Positions 60,631 to 64,000 of a stretch of 64,000 nucleotides of DNA are shown here, in pieces (within the stretch, counting starts at the first letter, position 1; each line of letters opens with the position of its first letter). A program made the translations under genes and the position numbers. The DNA comes from Pseudovirgaria hyperparasitica (lineage: Eukaryota). The stretch is from NCBI GenBank assembly GCA_010093815.1, contig ML996595.1. One strand, given 5' to 3'. The notes under the pieces are model-generated. The model made no database searches, was not told the DNA's origin, and was given only the letters and a program-made list of their open reading frames with translations.

Positions 60631-61758
60631 TTAAGGGCAATTGATAAGGAAAGTGATCCTCACTGATGATCCATGTAGCGTGAGCAATTGATTGTCGAAA
60701 ATGATCTCCACAGTGAGCTCAGCTCTAATATACTCTAGCATCCTTGCCGTGCTGCTAGTCATCACGGCTAGGGACAGCATATTAGCTATAGATTTCAGTT
60801 CACTGCACAGGATTGGAAATATATGGTAGACATTTATGTGGGTACTATATTTGTTGCAATCTTCACATACGATGATTCCAGCTGACTCACTAACATCGCG
60901 GTGCAGAACTTGCTTATCACTGCCATCCTCATTCGCAGCGTACAATGAACCTATAAGATCCGTGATGTAAATACGATTCTCCTTTCGATCATGAGCAATG
61001 CCCACACCTTCATGTAACCTTTCTACAATGATCTCTGTTTCCAACCCTTCTTGTACTCGATTGAGATCGAGTCGACTAATGGTGTTACCGAAAGGCATTT
61101 CGCCTCGGCCACTCATATAGAGAATGTTAGTCTCAATGTCAACGTCTAAGTCGATAGACTCTGGAAGGTCCTCGAGAAGAGTAACTTTGTCGTTCCGAGA
61201 CTCGGCGACTTCTCCTGTAGGCATATCTAGATCCGCACACCATAATGAGCCCGTACCACTTTTCGGAGCACCTTTTCGTGTCCAGTATAGCTTTCGTCGC
61301 CGAGGGTCAACGGCAACTCTACACACCACTTCGCCATATCAGCGCCGGCACCACCTATATCTCGATTCGAACATTTTCGCCTTCAAGTCTGCAGCTCCAT
61401 ATCTTGCCGCCTTCTCTGTCCGCCCAATATAGTCTTCTAGCCGAATCATCTATAGCAATTTGCTTCGGACTCCGAGTGACTCCTTGGGACACCAAAACGC
61501 TTGTTTCGTGCTTCGTGAGATCAAGTCTTGATATCTGTCCACGTTGGCTTCCCGGAGGACTCATTTGGGTGAAGTAAATGTATCGATTGGAAGTGTCCAT
61601 GACCAGACTATCTGGAAGATTCGTGATTATATCAAGGAGAGTAGTGAGAGAAGATACGTCTGTTTACATACAGATTCGTCTTTGGGACTAAGGTCCACAT
61701 GTCGAGAAATGCCAAGATCGAGAAAGAGGAGAACTCTACGTTGAATTCTGGGATCCAT
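60631..61758 (-). pseudogene. Pseudogene of a fungal YWTD/LDL-receptor-type beta-propeller protein
   Basis: LLFLDLG, LPDSLVMD...YIYFTQM, SPKQIAID...LYWADREG, VAVDPRRRKLYWTRKG, LPESIDLDVD, GNTISR, LHEGVGIA...IYITDL, split over several frames with stops/frameshifts near 61665, 61355 and 61320. Confidence 0.75.
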
Positions 61759-61919
61759 GTTTAAATGTGTCATATGATGCGAGAGTCTAACTGACAAAGT
61801 GATACAACTTGGTCATTCGAGCGTCAGACAAATGTCGCAGGAAGCATGTGTTATCTTTAGTCATGAACGAACGGCCAACAAGCATCTGTAACCACTTTGG
61901 GTAGATACACTAGAGGTCC

Positions 61920-64000
61920 GTGCTCTATGTTAGCTTCTAGCTAGATCTAGAGAAGGTATATATATATCTTACTATGAAGGGTATATATAGTACCTCTATT
62001 TTCTACTTAGTTTATATTCTAATAACATAAGATCTATACTAGTCTAAGTCTATACTATTATATATAATAAGTATAAGAATAATAATATTATTTTTTAAGT
62101 AGATAAAGTTATACTCTATAGATATATATCTTCTCTAGTTAAAGCTATTTTACTTTATAAGAAATTCTTTATAATTATCTCTCTAACTAGACTCTATTTG
62201 TAAGAATAGAGTTATTAGATAGTAGTATAGTTAGATAGAATAATAGGGTGTATTCTATTACAGAACAAATTACTACCGAACCCTTTTAGTAGGAATCTAA
62301 GAGTATATATATAAAGGGACGCCGATCTATCTAGCACGTGACTATTTACCGCCCTTCACGTTACGTCCTAACCCTATTAGCTAAGGTATATATAGGTCGG
62401 GTCCTACCTAAGGCTAAGTTCTAATAATTATCCCTTCCCTCTAGGAAGCTACCCTTAGCGACCTAGATTATTACCTAACAATTAGGAGCCGTTCTTTCGA
62501 TATACGAAAGAACGTTACACGGGCCTAGGCGGTAACCATGCACGACTCTTAGTAGAAAAACTAGGTAGTCGAAAGACACCGTAAGGCAGAGTCGAAAGGC
62601 AGCCCTTCCCACGCCTATATCCGAATAATTTTTATATATTAAGAAATCGCATGGTCGAAAGTTATGTCTAGCTAACTTATAATTATTATTTTCACGGAGG
62701 GGGTGGCGAAGAATATACATGAAAACTACACATTTTTCGCGATTTTTACTTTGATTTTCCCAACCGTGCACGATCGGTACCTAGGTATACTACACGCCAA
62801 CCTACGTATACGTCTAAGGACCTTAGTAATCCTTATAGAATCGCGTACTCTAAGACACCTCTAGGATCGCTAATTCTAATCCATTCTACTACTCACGAAC
62901 TTTATAAGCTATAGCACCCCCCTTAGTACCGCTTCCTAATATAGATGGTATACGTTAAGCATGGGACATTATATTTAAACTTTTCCCTATCGGCGGGAGC
63001 GATAGAGCTTAAGCCGTCTTCTTCCGACCGTTATCGTTTCCTAGCCCGCCACTATTTATCGTACGATTACTAGAGGCAGCGGCTCGTTAGCTGAACGAGT
63101 AATAGATTCTAGCCTATTTACACGTTACTAATACGAATAATAACTCGCCTAATAACGATAAAGAAGACGATTTCGTTCCTAACACATGCCTACCGCCTCC
63201 GATATCTCCCCTACCCTCTTAATAATCTTATATAACTTCTAGCACCACGGTAGCTCTTCGTATAGTACTAGCGTAACTAGAGATAATAGTCTATAATACT
63301 AATTAAGAGCGAGAAGAGGATAACGAAGAAGAGCGTTAGTCTATATATCCCCCTAGAAAGCGGCGCCGTAACGATATATCTAACTAGAACGAATAGTTAA
63401 CTACGAGAACTCCGCTAACGACCACGAGGGTAAGTAATAAAATCCGGGCTAAGTTAAGAGTAAAGCATGAGGCTATGCTTAGGGAGGTTATGGAGCCATT
63501 TACTAACCCCGATAGCCCGTCATCACGGAACGAATATAAAGCATAGCTCCGTGTAAATGTAAGTTATCTTCGTTAGATAGGCATATTATAACACTTCCCT
63601 AAAGATATAAATATGGTTAGATAACTTCTTAATCGCGTATTAGAGATCGGTTCACCGTTAACGCTACTTTACTTTAGATTACTACTATAAGAATAGCGAG
63701 ACGGTAAGACGGTAGACATAGCGCCTCATAGCCTTAATCCCCTATAGATTATTATTAGGGATACGACGTTAACTAGGGAACGCTTAGTATATACATTTAT
63801 AGACTAGGCTAGTATACTCTACTTTAAGATCGTTAAGCTAGTACATACATCGCGTCTTATCGGGATTAGACGTCGCCTAGCACTCGCGGATATATATAAA
63901 GCTATAAACGCTACTAAGAAGGCACTAAAAACAGACCGTACATTTACCCTTAGCACTAGGCAAGGCATCCGGTTAATTATGAAGGCTCGCCTATATGCCC
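61920..64000 (+). mobile_element. RIP-degraded repeat/transposon region running off the window end, including a stop-riddled + strand ORF relic (~63000-64000)
   Basis: TpA-rich, CpA/TpG-poor. Relic reads EREEDNEEER*SIYPPRKRRRND...LLNRVLEIGSPLTLLYF...IRRRLALADIYKAI with many TAG/TAA stops. Confidence 0.7.

Noticed and set aside
61928..62262. Possible solo LTR (TGT...ACA)
   Set aside because: No target-site duplication and no second copy in the window.
62308..62325. ATAAAGGGAC resembling a Kolobok-type terminus
   Set aside because: Lacks the TTAA target, and the other end is not in the window; too short to support a call.

Overview
This is a eukaryotic window from a filamentous ascomycete, probably a Dothideomycete (inferred from the gene families, short GT-AG introns with CTRAY-type branch points, and RIP-like TpA-rich blocks). 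The first ~46.7 kb is mostly conserved core genes: a PX-associated/DUF3818 protein, a conserved S/P/R-rich hypothetical, an ankyrin protein, PRP45 divergent from TAF11, RPL4, a small secreted Cys-rich effector-like protein, a Pmp1/Msg5 MAPK phosphatase, a ferric reductase, a BTB-like protein, GH16, an F-box protein, an FHA-forkhead transcription factor and a GH3 beta-glucosidase. From ~46.7 kb the window becomes an accessory, RIP-scarred region. It holds a complete-ORF highly reducing PKS (KS-AT-DH-CMeT-ER-KR-ACP, 2591 aa) divergent from a DHA14-type MFS exporter. These are flanked by two pseudogenes (a WW-domain protein and a YWTD propeller protein), a 348-bp TIR element and several RIP-degraded repeats. 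Most striking observations: (1) one terminal inverted repeat of that element sits in frame inside the PKS methyltransferase region, apparently replacing a conserved segment; (2) the PKS is bracketed by two homologous RIP-degraded direct repeats; (3) Prp45/SKIP lacks its usual N-terminal cyclophilin(PPIL1)-binding region. All calls come from motif recognition by eye; no database searches were run.
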